A stretch of DNA of 64,000 nucleotides from an uncultured Ardenticatenaceae bacterium (GTDB lineage Bacteria; Chloroflexota; Anaerolineae; Promineifilales; Promineifilaceae). The notes under the pieces were generated by a model. That model did no database searches. It saw only the letters and a list, made by a program, of their open reading frames with translations, and had not been told where the DNA came from. Of this stretch, positions 29,438-40,118 are shown one piece after another. A program made the translations under genes and the position numbers. Position 1 is the first letter of the stretch. Each line of letters starts with the position of its first letter. The stretch is taken from contig CAZRTM010000003.1 in assembly GCA_964602995.1 (NCBI GenBank), positions 17,142 through 81,141 on the forward strand, written 5' to 3'.

Positions 29438-31084
29438 TTGGGTGAGGCAGAATCTGTGACAAGGGACGAGATAATCAGTAAAGAGAATAGTAACGGTAAT
29501 TTGCAGCCGGCAACGCTGGAAGCTATCCAGGCGCGACGAACGTTCGCCATCATTTCCCATCCTGATGCCGGTAAAACGACCCTGACTGAGAAGCTGCTGC
29601 TGTATGGCAACGCCATTCATCTGGCCGGTAGCGTGCGCGCGCGGCGCAACCAGCGCAGCGCGACCTCCGACTGGATGGCGATGGAGCGTGACCGTGGTAT
29701 TTCGATTACATCGACGGTGCTGCAGTTCCCTTATAAGGGACGTGTGGTTAACCTGTTGGATACGCCGGGTCACCAGGATTTCTCAGAAGATACTTACCGC
29801 ACGCTGATGGCTGTGGACAGCGCCGTGATGGTCCTGGATGCTGCCAAGGGGGTTGAGCCGCAGACGCGCAAGCTGTTCGATGTCTGTCGCCGCCGTGGCA
29901 TTCCCATTTTCACCTTCATTAACAAGATGGACCGGCCCGCGCGCGACGCGCTCTCGCTGCTGGATGAGATTGAGACCGTGCTGGGAATGGAGCCGGTGCC
30001 GATGAACTGGCCCATTGGCGACGGGCAGAGCTTCCTGGGCGTCTATGACCGTGGGAGCGAGCAGGTCTATCTTTACGACCGCACGGTGCACAACCAGACC
30101 GTATCACCGGAGACAATCACCACGCTGGATGATCCACGCATTAAGGCCGGGCTGAATTCGATGCAGTTCGAGGATCTGCATGTGAATATCGGACTCCTGG
30201 ATGAGCTGCGGGAGTTTGATTTCGAGGCATTCCGCGCTGCCCAACAGAGTCCGGTCTACTTTGGTAGTGCACTGACTAACTTCGGCGTCCAGCTCTTCCT
30301 GGATGATTTCGTTCGTCTGGCCCCTGCGCCAGGCCCCTATCCCAGTGATGTGGGCGCCGTCGATCCCTTACAGCAGCCGTTCTCCGGTTTCGTGTTCAAG
30401 ATTCAGGCCAATATGGATCCGCGCCACCGTGATAGTGTGGCTTTCATTCGTATCTGTAGCGGCCAATTTGAACGGAATATGACTGTCAACCACGCCCGCA
30501 CGGGGAATACGATCCGGCTCTCGCGGCCTTATCGCTTTTTTGCCGATGAGCGGGAAGTGATTGATGAGGCGTATGCCGGTGACATCATCGGTGTGCCTTC
30601 GAGCCGCCGCGATTTCGCCATTGGCGACACGGTCAGCGCCGAGGACCTTTTCGAATACGAGCGCATCCCGCGCTTTGCGCCAGAGCATTTCGCGCGGTTA
30701 ATCTACACCGACGTCAGCAAGTATAAGCAATTTCGCAAAGGATTGGGGCAGTTGGAGACTGAAGGCGCCATGCAGGTGCTTCATGAAACCAACGCTGCCC
30801 GCCGCGAACCGATTCTGGCTGTGGTCGGCGTGTTGCAGTTTGATGTTGTGCGGGCGCGCTTAGAGGCGGAATATAACGTCGTCACGCGCCTGGAGCCGCT
30901 CCCTTACCAGGTGGCCAGGTTAGTTGAGGGGCCAGAGGAGAAGGTGGCAGCGTTGCCCTGGGATATGGGTCTCCTGCGCACACAGGACAGCGATGGGCGG
31001 CTGGTGGCCCTTTTCCGCTCGGAGTTCGAGGTGGGTTACTACGCCGAACGGTATCCGGACGTCATCTTTAAGGAAATCAGCTAA
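29438..31084 (+). CDS. prfC: Peptide chain release factor 3
   Basis: AIISHPDAGKTTLTEKLL, DTPGHQDF and NKMD. GTG 29456 is an alternative start. Confidence 0.92.
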   Translation: MGEAESVTRDEIISKENSNGNLQPATLEAIQARRTFAIISHPDAGKTTLTEKLLLYGNAIHLAGSVRARRNQRSATSDWMAMERDRGISITSTVLQFPYKGRVVNLLDTPGHQDFSEDTYRTLMAVDSAVMVLDAAKGVEPQTRKLFDVCRRRGIPIFTFINKMDRPARDALSLLDEIETVLGMEPVPMNWPIGDGQSFLGVYDRGSEQVYLYDRTVHNQTVSPETITTLDDPRIKAGLNSMQFEDLHVNIGLLDELREFDFEAFRAAQQSPVYFGSALTNFGVQLFLDDFVRLAPAPGPYPSDVGAVDPLQQPFSGFVFKIQANMDPRHRDSVAFIRICSGQFERNMTVNHARTGNTIRLSRPYRFFADEREVIDEAYAGDIIGVPSSRRDFAIGDTVSAEDLFEYERIPRFAPEHFARLIYTDVSKYKQFRKGLGQLETEGAMQVLHETNAARREPILAVVGVLQFDVVRARLEAEYNVVTRLEPLPYQVARLVEGPEEKVAALPWDMGLLRTQDSDGRLVALFRSEFEVGYYAERYPDVIFKEIS

Positions 31085-31098
31085 GGGCAGGTGGCAGG

Positions 31099-33678
31099 TT
31101 ACGACAATTCAATGCCTTCCAGATAGGTTTTTACAGCAGCGGCGCTCTCTTGTTGCAGGGCGCCGTTTGCGATCTGGCGTGCCTGCTGGAAATTCAGCTT
31201 GCGGATGATTTCCTTAACAGTGGGGATGCTGGGAGCATTCATACTTAGCTCATCCAGGCCCAACCCGACCAGCAGCGGCGTTGCCAGAGCGTTGCCCGCC
31301 AGCTCACCGCACATGCCGACCCAGATGCCGGCATCGTGCCCGGCACGCACTGTTTGCTGAATCATGTGCAACACGGCCGGTTGCAGGGCGTCGGCCAGTT
31401 CGGCGACGTGCGCGTTGCCACGGTCTGCGGCCATAACGTACTGCGTGAGGTCGTTGGTGCCGATGCTGAAAAAGTCTACTTCGGGCGCCAGTTGCTCGGC
31501 AAGGGCTACGGCGGCGGGAACTTCGATCATAATGCCCACCGGCATCTGATCATCGTGCACTATGCCCTCGCCTGCCAGCGCCTCCTGGACTTCCCGGACG
31601 AGTTGCTTGGCTTTCTGCAGCTCGTAAAGGGTGCCCACCATGGGGAACATCATGCGAATCTTTTGATTATTTCCTGCGCGTAAGATGGCGCGCAACTGGG
31701 TGACGAAAATGTCGCGACGGTCGAGCGTAAGGCGGATGCCGCGCCAACCCAGGAAGGGGTTGTCTTCAGGTTCGAAATCGAAGTAAGGTAGCGGTTTATC
31801 GCCGCCGACGTCCAATGTGCGGATGATCAGTGGACGCCCGCCCAGGGCCTCGGCCGCGCTGCGATAGGCAGTGTACTGTTCTTCTTCTGACGGCGCGCTG
31901 TCGCGATCCAGAAAGAGGAACTCTGTGCGGAAGAGGCCAACGCCTTCGGCGCCGTATTCAACGGCGGTAGGGACATCGTTGGGATTGCCGATGTTAGCTG
32001 CCACTTCAATGCGCCGGCCATCGCGGGTTACGGCCGGTTGTTGCGCCGCCACTTTGGCTTCTGCTTCCCGCTTCAGCCATGCGCTCCGTTCCGCCTCCAG
32101 TTGTTCCAACTGTGCCGCATCGGGTTCAACCCAGATTTCTCCGCTCTGGCCGTCAATGGCCAGGGGGGTGCCCTGGGAGATGGTTTGCAGCCCTGGCCCG
32201 ACGCCGACGATGGCCGGAATGCCGAAGGCACGAGCGAGGATGGCGCTGTGCGACGTTGCGCCGCCGCGCTCGGTACAAATACCCAGCACGAGGGACGGTT
32301 CAAATTGGGCCGTGTCTGAAGGCGCCAGGTCGCTTGCCAACACAATGGATGGTTCTGACAGGTCAAGAGAAGCTGCCTGGGCGCCAAGTAGATGGCGCAA
32401 CACACGCTGTCCCACGTCGAGGACATCAGCGGCGCGACCCTGCATATAGTCGTCTGTCATTTGCCGGAATTGGCCGGCAAGCTCGTCGATTTCAGTCTGC
32501 CACGCAGCACCGGCGTTGATGCTTTGGGAAAGAATGCGTTCCTGGACGGCCTCCAGCAAAGATGGGTCCTCCAGAATCAGCATGTGTGCCTGAAAGATGG
32601 CGGCTTCGGCGCGGTTGCCCTGCGCGATGACTCGCCGGCGCAGGGCGTCGATTTCCTGACGGGCCGCGTGGATGGCGTCGAGCAGGCTTTGCCATTCGGC
32701 CGAGGGATCCGCAACGGAGTACGTTTCAACCCGGTGTTGTTGGGCGCGGTAATGGACGGCCGGACCGATGGCGATTCCCGGAGACGCAGGAATGCCGGCC
32801 AATGTTCCTGTGCCGCTTTCGGGTGGCGCCGGGCTGGTCACGGCTCGGGCTTGCTTCCCTTCAACCTCAGCTTCCACCAGCTCCTCTTCTTCGCCGAAGC
32901 GGGAACGGACCAGCGCTTGTAGTTCTGCCAGGGCCTCCTGCGCGTCGGGGCCGCTGGCGGTGATGGCAATCTCGTCGCCGAAGCGCGCTCCCAGTGTGGC
33001 TACCTGGTTGATGCTTTTCGCATTGGCGCTCTTGTCTTCTTTGCGCACCTGGATGTCGGAGGCGAAGCGGTTGGCGGTGGAGACGAACTGTGCAGCGGGG
33101 CGGGCGTGTAGGCCCATGCGGTTCTCAATGGCGACGCGAACTTCGTGGCCTGCGCCGCCGTCTGCATCGCCGGTTGCTGTTTCTTGCGCGACGCTTTCAG
33201 CACCGGCCGCTGCTCCAGGCATCTGATCTTGCTTGGCACGGAGTGCGCCGAGCGCTTCTTCGCAGACCTGATCCAGCGTGCCGCCGACCGAGGCCTGGAC
33301 TGCCGCGGCAATGGCCCCTTCGACGAGGGGGGCGCCGCAGAGGCGTACACTGGCTTGCTGTTCTTCGGGCAGGAACTCCACGGCCATTTCAGTACTCATA
33401 ATGGCGCTACCCAGATCAACCAGAACAACAACGCCGTCATCGGAGTAGACCGACTGAATGGCCTCGTGGACCTTCATGGCATCGGTCCCAATGGGATTGT
33501 CTGGATCGTCAATGCCACCGGCGGCGGCAATTTGTACGGCGCTGCCCTGGACCATCTGCGTTGCAAGCTCGCGTACGCCTTCAGCCAGGCTGGCGCTATG
33601 GGATACGATAACAATGCTAACCACGGTTCCTTTACCTTTCGTTGGCGTAGGTTTAGGCTCAGGTTTGAATGATGCCAA
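31099..33678 (-). CDS. dhaM: DhaM-type EIIA(Man)-like domain fused to HPr and a full-length PTS Enzyme I
   Basis: IVIVSHSASLAEG (DhaM phospho-His), GLHARPAAQF (HPr His15 motif), GGATSHSAILARAFGIPA (EI phospho-His), and the C-terminal PEP-binding barrel motifs GLFRTEFLF, IGTNDLTQY and MCGELAG. Confidence 0.88.
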   Translation of the reverse strand: MASFKPEPKPTPTKGKGTVVSIVIVSHSASLAEGVRELATQMVQGSAVQIAAAGGIDDPDNPIGTDAMKVHEAIQSVYSDDGVVVLVDLGSAIMSTEMAVEFLPEEQQASVRLCGAPLVEGAIAAAVQASVGGTLDQVCEEALGALRAKQDQMPGAAAGAESVAQETATGDADGGAGHEVRVAIENRMGLHARPAAQFVSTANRFASDIQVRKEDKSANAKSINQVATLGARFGDEIAITASGPDAQEALAELQALVRSRFGEEEELVEAEVEGKQARAVTSPAPPESGTGTLAGIPASPGIAIGPAVHYRAQQHRVETYSVADPSAEWQSLLDAIHAARQEIDALRRRVIAQGNRAEAAIFQAHMLILEDPSLLEAVQERILSQSINAGAAWQTEIDELAGQFRQMTDDYMQGRAADVLDVGQRVLRHLLGAQAASLDLSEPSIVLASDLAPSDTAQFEPSLVLGICTERGGATSHSAILARAFGIPAIVGVGPGLQTISQGTPLAIDGQSGEIWVEPDAAQLEQLEAERSAWLKREAEAKVAAQQPAVTRDGRRIEVAANIGNPNDVPTAVEYGAEGVGLFRTEFLFLDRDSAPSEEEQYTAYRSAAEALGGRPLIIRTLDVGGDKPLPYFDFEPEDNPFLGWRGIRLTLDRRDIFVTQLRAILRAGNNQKIRMMFPMVGTLYELQKAKQLVREVQEALAGEGIVHDDQMPVGIMIEVPAAVALAEQLAPEVDFFSIGTNDLTQYVMAADRGNAHVAELADALQPAVLHMIQQTVRAGHDAGIWVGMCGELAGNALATPLLVGLGLDELSMNAPSIPTVKEIIRKLNFQQARQIANGALQQESAAAVKTYLEGIELS

Positions 33679-33722
33679 TGTACTCTATTGGACGGCTACC
33701 GCCCCGAGAGCGGGCTATATAA

Positions 33723-34109
33723 TCACATGCTGACCAGAACAACTTCTAACCAGATGCCATAAGCGATGGCGATGATGCCGATAATGACGGCTGCCCAATC
33801 AACGACTCGGCGTGTGGACGGACTGACGTTGAGATCGAGGATAATGGCCCTCATGCCAAGCATGGCGTGGATGGTCACAACGATGAGGAAAATGATGGTG
33901 ATGGTGAAGATGAGTGGGTTGGATATGTAATCGATGACCTGTTCAAAGTTGCGAAGGCTACCTTCAACGACGAAGTGGTGCGCGATCATGTGCAGGAGCA
34001 GCAGAAAGACGAGGAGGACACCGGTGAAGGCCTGAATCAGCCAGATGGTCCCGGCGGCGCTGCCGCGGGGCTGTCCTTGTTTAGTTTGTGAAAGTTGGAC
34101 GTCTGTCAT
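33723..34109 (-). CDS. SdhD-like small membrane anchor subunit (3 TM)
   Basis: 128 aa with three hydrophobic helices and His-containing motifs (LHMIAHHF, HAMLGMR). Lies 10 nt after the SdhC-like ORF. Confidence 0.65.
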   Translation of the reverse strand: MTDVQLSQTKQGQPRGSAAGTIWLIQAFTGVLLVFLLLLHMIAHHFVVEGSLRNFEQVIDYISNPLIFTITIIFLIVVTIHAMLGMRAIILDLNVSPSTRRVVDWAAVIIGIIAIAYGIWLEVVLVSM

Positions 34110-34119
34110 GGCTAGACTC

Positions 34120-34551
34120 CTATAGCGTGAAGATGATATAGGCGCTGATCGTCAACAGGACAATGGTGACGGCGGTGACGACCCAGAACAGAGTGCGTTG
34201 GCGGTCGGCGCCCATGCCCAGACCCACAAGCGTGACCCGGATGCCGTTCAGCCCATGAAACAGCACGCCGAAGATGAGAATGACGTCAAGGATCAGGAAG
34301 AAGGGTGTCTTTGCCAGCGCTATGAAGCTGTCCCAACCTTCTTCACCGCGGGTCAACAGAAAGAGGACGGCCAGGTGCAGAAAGAGGTAGAGCGTAAGCC
34401 CCAGCGCTGTGAGACGGTTGAGGGCAAAGGCCCAGGAGCCTGCACGGTCGCGGCGCACGTCGAACCAGGCGCGGATGGGGTTTTTGGCGCGCACGCGTCG
34501 CAATTTTCTGGCCTGAGGAAAATCTCTTAATTCAGGTGGGGCGTCTTCCAT
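34120..34551 (-). CDS. SdhC-like cytochrome b membrane anchor subunit (3 TM)
   Basis: 143 aa with three helices, a LHL motif and the FHGLNGIR motif typical of SdhC. Confidence 0.7.
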   Translation of the reverse strand: MEDAPPELRDFPQARKLRRVRAKNPIRAWFDVRRDRAGSWAFALNRLTALGLTLYLFLHLAVLFLLTRGEEGWDSFIALAKTPFFLILDVILIFGVLFHGLNGIRVTLVGLGMGADRQRTLFWVVTAVTIVLLTISAYIIFTL

Positions 34552-34575
34552 AGGACTTTCTCCTTTTTGATCAGC

Positions 34576-35304
34576 CTAGCGGCGCCCAAAGTCAAAGAGG
34601 TTGCGAAACTTCTGCCTGGTCAGCTCGCCGCGCAAAGACATGATCTTGCCGCCGGGGTCAACACCGGTGGGGCAGACTTCTGTGCATTCATAGGCGACGT
34701 GACAGCGCCAGCAGCCTTTCTCATTGTCAACCCAGTCCAGCGCATCTTGTGGGTCGCGGCCACGTGGTTCCTCCACCACGCGCCAGGCGGCCGCCAGCGC
34801 CGCCGGACCATAATAATTTTCGTCTGTGCCCATAATGGGGCAGGCAGAGACACAGGCGCCACATTCAATACAGTTCTCAAAGCGTGTGTACAATTCTATG
34901 CCATCGGGCGTCGCTGACTCTGCCAGGAATTCGCTTTGGCGGATATAGGGCCGGTCGGCGGGGTTGAGGCGCCCGTAGAAATTGACCATGTCTACGACCA
35001 GATCGCTCACCACCGGGATGTTGCGCAATGGCTCAACCAGAACTGTCTCTGTGCCAAGCTCCATGGCTCTGACCACACAGGCCAGTTGTTCCTGCCCGTT
35101 GATGACCATGGCGCAGGTGCCGCACGAGGCGTGGTGACAGGAGTGGCGTAGCATAAGTGAGGGGTCCTGGTCGCGGCGAATGTGCATCAGGGCGATCAGA
35201 ACGGTGGTGTTTTCGTCAACAGTGACAGGATAGGTTTCGTAGCGAGGCGCTTCGTCTCCTTCATTGTAGCGGAATAGCTTGAACTGAAGTTCTTTCTGAG
35301 CCAT
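34576..35304 (-). CDS. SdhB/FrdB-like iron-sulfur subunit
   Basis: 2Fe-2S pattern CHHASCGTC...C, then CIECGACVSACP and CHVAYECTEVCP cluster motifs. Confidence 0.88.
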   Translation of the reverse strand: MAQKELQFKLFRYNEGDEAPRYETYPVTVDENTTVLIALMHIRRDQDPSLMLRHSCHHASCGTCAMVINGQEQLACVVRAMELGTETVLVEPLRNIPVVSDLVVDMVNFYGRLNPADRPYIRQSEFLAESATPDGIELYTRFENCIECGACVSACPIMGTDENYYGPAALAAAWRVVEEPRGRDPQDALDWVDNEKGCWRCHVAYECTEVCPTGVDPGGKIMSLRGELTRQKFRNLFDFGRR

Positions 35305-35312
35305 TAGTCTCC

Positions 35313-36491
35313 TCAGGCGTAGTATGCTTCGAATGGTAGGAGGACGACTTCTTTGGTGCGGCAGGGTGCATCGATGCCCAGTTTGCCGACTACGACATCG
35401 GCCGCTGCTTCTGCCATGCCACGTAGCGTGGTTGCTTTCCCCCCGGTGATGGTGACAAATCCTTCGACCCCCTCATCGCTATGGTCAAAGCATTTGAAGG
35501 TGCGGCTCAGCGCCCGGCCACTATCGGCATCGGCCTGTCGCGGGCCAATGAGGGGGCGAGCGGCCGACCACGCGGCGCGGAACGGTGTCTCATTGACGAG
35601 TGGTATCATCTTGGCTCCTTCATCATACATCAGTTGGATGTGGTCTTCGGGCAAACCCAGAGCGTCGGGATCCTCAACGACCCAGGAGCTGGTGCCAATA
35701 ACTGAGAGGTTGCGCTGGGGAACGATGATGTCACCGTCGCCGGATCTGGTCATGCGATTGATGACCATATTGCACAAACGGCCCTGCAGCGCGACCATGA
35801 CGCCGGGCGAGGGCCGGATCGGCACTTCCACGCCGGCCATGTCGGCGATCTGCCCGCTCCAGGGGCCGGCGGCGTTGATGATGATGTCAGCGCCAATTTC
35901 GTACTCTTTGCCGCGCGCATGATCGATGGCGCGCACGCCCGTGACTGTGTTGCCCTGTTTGACGACGCCAATCACCTCGTGGAAGGGGCGAATGGTGGCG
36001 CCGTTCTGTTTGGCAGTGGCAAAGAAGCGTAGTGGCAGGCGCATGGCGTCCATGGTGGCGTCGGGGATGCGAACGGCCAGAATTGTGTCTGGGTTGAGAT
36101 TTGGTTCCAGGCGCAGCGCTTGCTCTCGGGTCAGCCGTTGTGTGGGAATGCCGCACTCAGCGCATCCTTCCAGAAAGGCGTGGCTGTATTCAACATCCTC
36201 GTCATTGATGGCTACAAAGAGGCCGTCATTTTCCTCGAAAGAGCCAGGAGCGATCCGGCGCAGCGTCATGTTTTCTTCGATGCACTCGATGGCGCTCTCC
36301 TGGTCGTTGACGGCGTAGCGGGCGCCGCTGTGTAACAGACCGTGATGGCGGCCGGTTGTGCCCGCTGTGACTTCATGCCGTTCCAGCAGCGTCACCTTCA
36401 GGCCCCGCAACGCCAGGTCGTGTGCAACGGCTGCACCTGTGCCACCCCCACCCACAATCAGTGCGTGAAATGTTTCCATAGTTTCCCCCAT
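35313..36491 (-). CDS. glpA: GlpA-like FAD-dependent glycerol-3-phosphate dehydrogenase, lacking the C-terminal BFD-type 2Fe-2S domain
   Basis: IVGGGGTGAAVA, TGRHHGLLHSGARYAV and GFVTITGGKATTLRGMAE match E. coli GlpA motifs. The protein is 392 aa, against about 540 aa in E. coli. The second ATG (36479) has the better SD spacing. Confidence 0.85.
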   Translation of the reverse strand: MGETMETFHALIVGGGGTGAAVAHDLALRGLKVTLLERHEVTAGTTGRHHGLLHSGARYAVNDQESAIECIEENMTLRRIAPGSFEENDGLFVAINDEDVEYSHAFLEGCAECGIPTQRLTREQALRLEPNLNPDTILAVRIPDATMDAMRLPLRFFATAKQNGATIRPFHEVIGVVKQGNTVTGVRAIDHARGKEYEIGADIIINAAGPWSGQIADMAGVEVPIRPSPGVMVALQGRLCNMVINRMTRSGDGDIIVPQRNLSVIGTSSWVVEDPDALGLPEDHIQLMYDEGAKMIPLVNETPFRAAWSAARPLIGPRQADADSGRALSRTFKCFDHSDEGVEGFVTITGGKATTLRGMAEAAADVVVGKLGIDAPCRTKEVVLLPFEAYYA

Positions 36492-36520
36492 CCTCGCCTG
36501 TAGCCATGCAGTTCAGTGAG

Positions 36521-36548
36521 ACATCCGGTTTTCCGGAAAAGCGGATGT
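36521..36548. repeat. 28-nt near-perfect palindrome between glpK and the glpA-like gene
   Basis: ACATCCGGTTTTCC|GGAAAAGCGGATGT with one mismatch. On the plus strand it is followed by TTTTT. Confidence 0.7.
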
Positions 36549-36567
36549 TTTTGCCGATAAGAAGGGA

Positions 36568-36601
36568 GGATTTACCATAACAGATCTGTTACGGTAAATC
36601 C
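36568..36601. repeat. 34-nt near-perfect palindrome centred on AGATCT
   Basis: GGATTTACCATAACAG|ATCTGTTACGGTAAATCC, arms 16/17 nt with one mismatch. Confidence 0.7.
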
Positions 36602-36684
36602 TACCCGATTTCTTGACAAACTGCATGCTACTGCTGCTTCTCATGGAGAGAGTCGCAGCGCGCAAGGGGGTTGATGGGTTGAGG

Positions 36685-38217
<1,533 letters not shown>

Positions 38218-38252
38218 CTCCTTACCGGCGTGAATTTCACATTACCGGTTCA

Positions 38253-38885
38253 CTATGCCTCTTTGAGCGTCTCAAGCAACGTCTTTAGCATCAGGTAGGA
38301 TGAGGTTGCTCCCGGATCCTGATGACCAATACTACGTTCTCCGAGGTAACTGGCCCGTCCTTTCTTGGCCTGCAGGGGTATGGTGTCTTCCATGCCCTGT
38401 TCCGCGGCTTGCACGGCCGCCTCCAGAGCCGTTATTGTGTCGTTGCCTTCGCCCAGCGATTTCCGCATGGCGTCCAGCGCCGGCATCCAGGCATCTATCA
38501 TCGTTTTGTCGCCCAATTGAGCGCGTCCACGTTGGATCAGACCATCAACACCGGCCTGCAACAGCGCCGCCAGATCTTCGCCGCTTAGCTCTTCTTTAGC
38601 CGCGGCGGACATGCCGGCGCGCATAAAGAAAGTGCCATAGAGCGGGCCACTGGCGCCGCCGACGCTGGAAATGAGCGTCATACCCGTTGTTTTGAGAATG
38701 TTACCGATGTCTTTATCGGCAACGCCAGGTAGCTTCTCCATCACTTTGTCGAAGCCCCGCTTCATGTTGGTGCCATGATCGGCATCACCAATCGCGGAGT
38801 CTAGCTGCGTGAGATACTCTTTGTTCTCCGTGAGGACACCGGCCAGATTCTTCAACCACTGTACAACTTGGTCCTTGCTTGCCAT
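38253..38885 (-). CDS. dhaL: Dihydroxyacetone kinase, ADP-binding subunit DhaL
   Basis: LTQLDSAIGDADHGTNM and GGASGPLYG motifs. Confidence 0.9.
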   Translation of the reverse strand: MASKDQVVQWLKNLAGVLTENKEYLTQLDSAIGDADHGTNMKRGFDKVMEKLPGVADKDIGNILKTTGMTLISSVGGASGPLYGTFFMRAGMSAAAKEELSGEDLAALLQAGVDGLIQRGRAQLGDKTMIDAWMPALDAMRKSLGEGNDTITALEAAVQAAEQGMEDTIPLQAKKGRASYLGERSIGHQDPGATSSYLMLKTLLETLKEA

Positions 38886-38916
38886 ATCAGAACGGTCCTT
38901 TATTGCCTGAACGAGC

Positions 38917-39990
38917 TTATACGCCCCAACGCAATCCTGGTGTGTTCACTGGCGCATCCCAAAAGCGGAGTATCTCATCATCTGCTTTAAGGAGGGTGAT
39001 CGATGCACCCTGCATTTCCAGAGACGTGATGTAAGGTCCGATCAGATTGCGTACAATCTCGATTCCTCTGTCTTCACAAATCTCGGTTAGTTTGCGATAG
39101 ATGGTGTACAGCTCAGAGACGGGTGTGCCGCCCATGCTATTGACGAAGGCGATGACGCGGTCGCCGGATTGGAACGGCTCGTCAGTCAGTTCCTTATCTA
39201 CCCATTCGCCATTTTCGTTGTCCCATTCACGGACTGTGCGCGAGTAGGCCGGGTCGTCGAGGATTTCGGTGGCCAGTATTTCGGTGATTTCATCAGCCGT
39301 AGTCATTTCCATACGGCGCTGGCCTGGTTCACCGTGGATACCAATACCGATTTCAATTTCGTTTTCGCCCAGTTCAAAAGTGGGTTTGCCGGCGGCAGGG
39401 ACCGTGCAGGAGGTCAGGGCCATGCCCATGGAACGGCCATACTGACTCACTCGTCTACAGAGGTCGGCGCATTGCTCAAGGGAATAGCCAGCTTCAGCAG
39501 CCGCGCCGACGATCTTTTCAGCCAGAACAGTCGTGCCTACACCACGGCGTCCGGCGGTGTAGAGGCTATCTTTCACGGCGACATCGTCGTCGATCAGGAT
39601 CGTCTGAACCTTAATGCCATCGGCATGGGCCAGCTCGGCGGCGGTTTCGAAGTTGAGGACATCGCCAGTGTAGTTCTTGACGATGAACAGGACGCCTTCG
39701 CCGCTGTCTACGGCCTTGGCGCACTCGTACATCTGGTCGGGAGTGGGGGACGTGAAGACTTCGCCGGGGCAGGCGCCGTCAAGCATGCCCATGCCCACGA
39801 ATCCACCATGCATTGGCTCATGCCCACTGCCGCCACCTGAGACAATGGCCACCTTGCCTGCAACTGGTGCATCGGCGCGATAGACATAGTTTGGTTCAAA
39901 ATGGACCTTCAGCATGTCGGGGTGGGCGATGGCCATCCCCTCCAACTGTTCCTTCACGACGTCGTCGACGGCGTTGATTAACTTCTTCAT
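38917..39990 (-). CDS. dhaK: Dihydroxyacetone kinase, DHA-binding subunit DhaK
   Basis: MKKLIN start with SD AAGGAG, plus [16 protein letters not shown] and the NYTGD motif. The ORF track start 40068 is probably too long. Confidence 0.92.
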   Translation of the reverse strand: MKKLINAVDDVVKEQLEGMAIAHPDMLKVHFEPNYVYRADAPVAGKVAIVSGGGSGHEPMHGGFVGMGMLDGACPGEVFTSPTPDQMYECAKAVDSGEGVLFIVKNYTGDVLNFETAAELAHADGIKVQTILIDDDVAVKDSLYTAGRRGVGTTVLAEKIVGAAAEAGYSLEQCADLCRRVSQYGRSMGMALTSCTVPAAGKPTFELGENEIEIGIGIHGEPGQRRMEMTTADEITEILATEILDDPAYSRTVREWDNENGEWVDKELTDEPFQSGDRVIAFVNSMGGTPVSELYTIYRKLTEICEDRGIEIVRNLIGPYITSLEMQGASITLLKADDEILRFWDAPVNTPGLRWGV

Positions 39991-40118
39991 GCTGCGCTCC
40001 TTTAGCTGATTGACCGTTTGATGACGGTCTAGATATGGGTCAGGTAACAGCCTGTGTTCCTGACCCATTATTCAGATTCAGTCGCGATCGTAGTGATTGT
40101 TGGGTCGACTGATTATGG

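Noticed and set aside
29179-29616. 145-aa minus-strand ORF across the acyl-CoA dehydrogenase / prfC spacer.
   Set aside because: It overlaps the prfC 5' region and the plus-strand hairpin. It has no recognisable motif and no translation signals.
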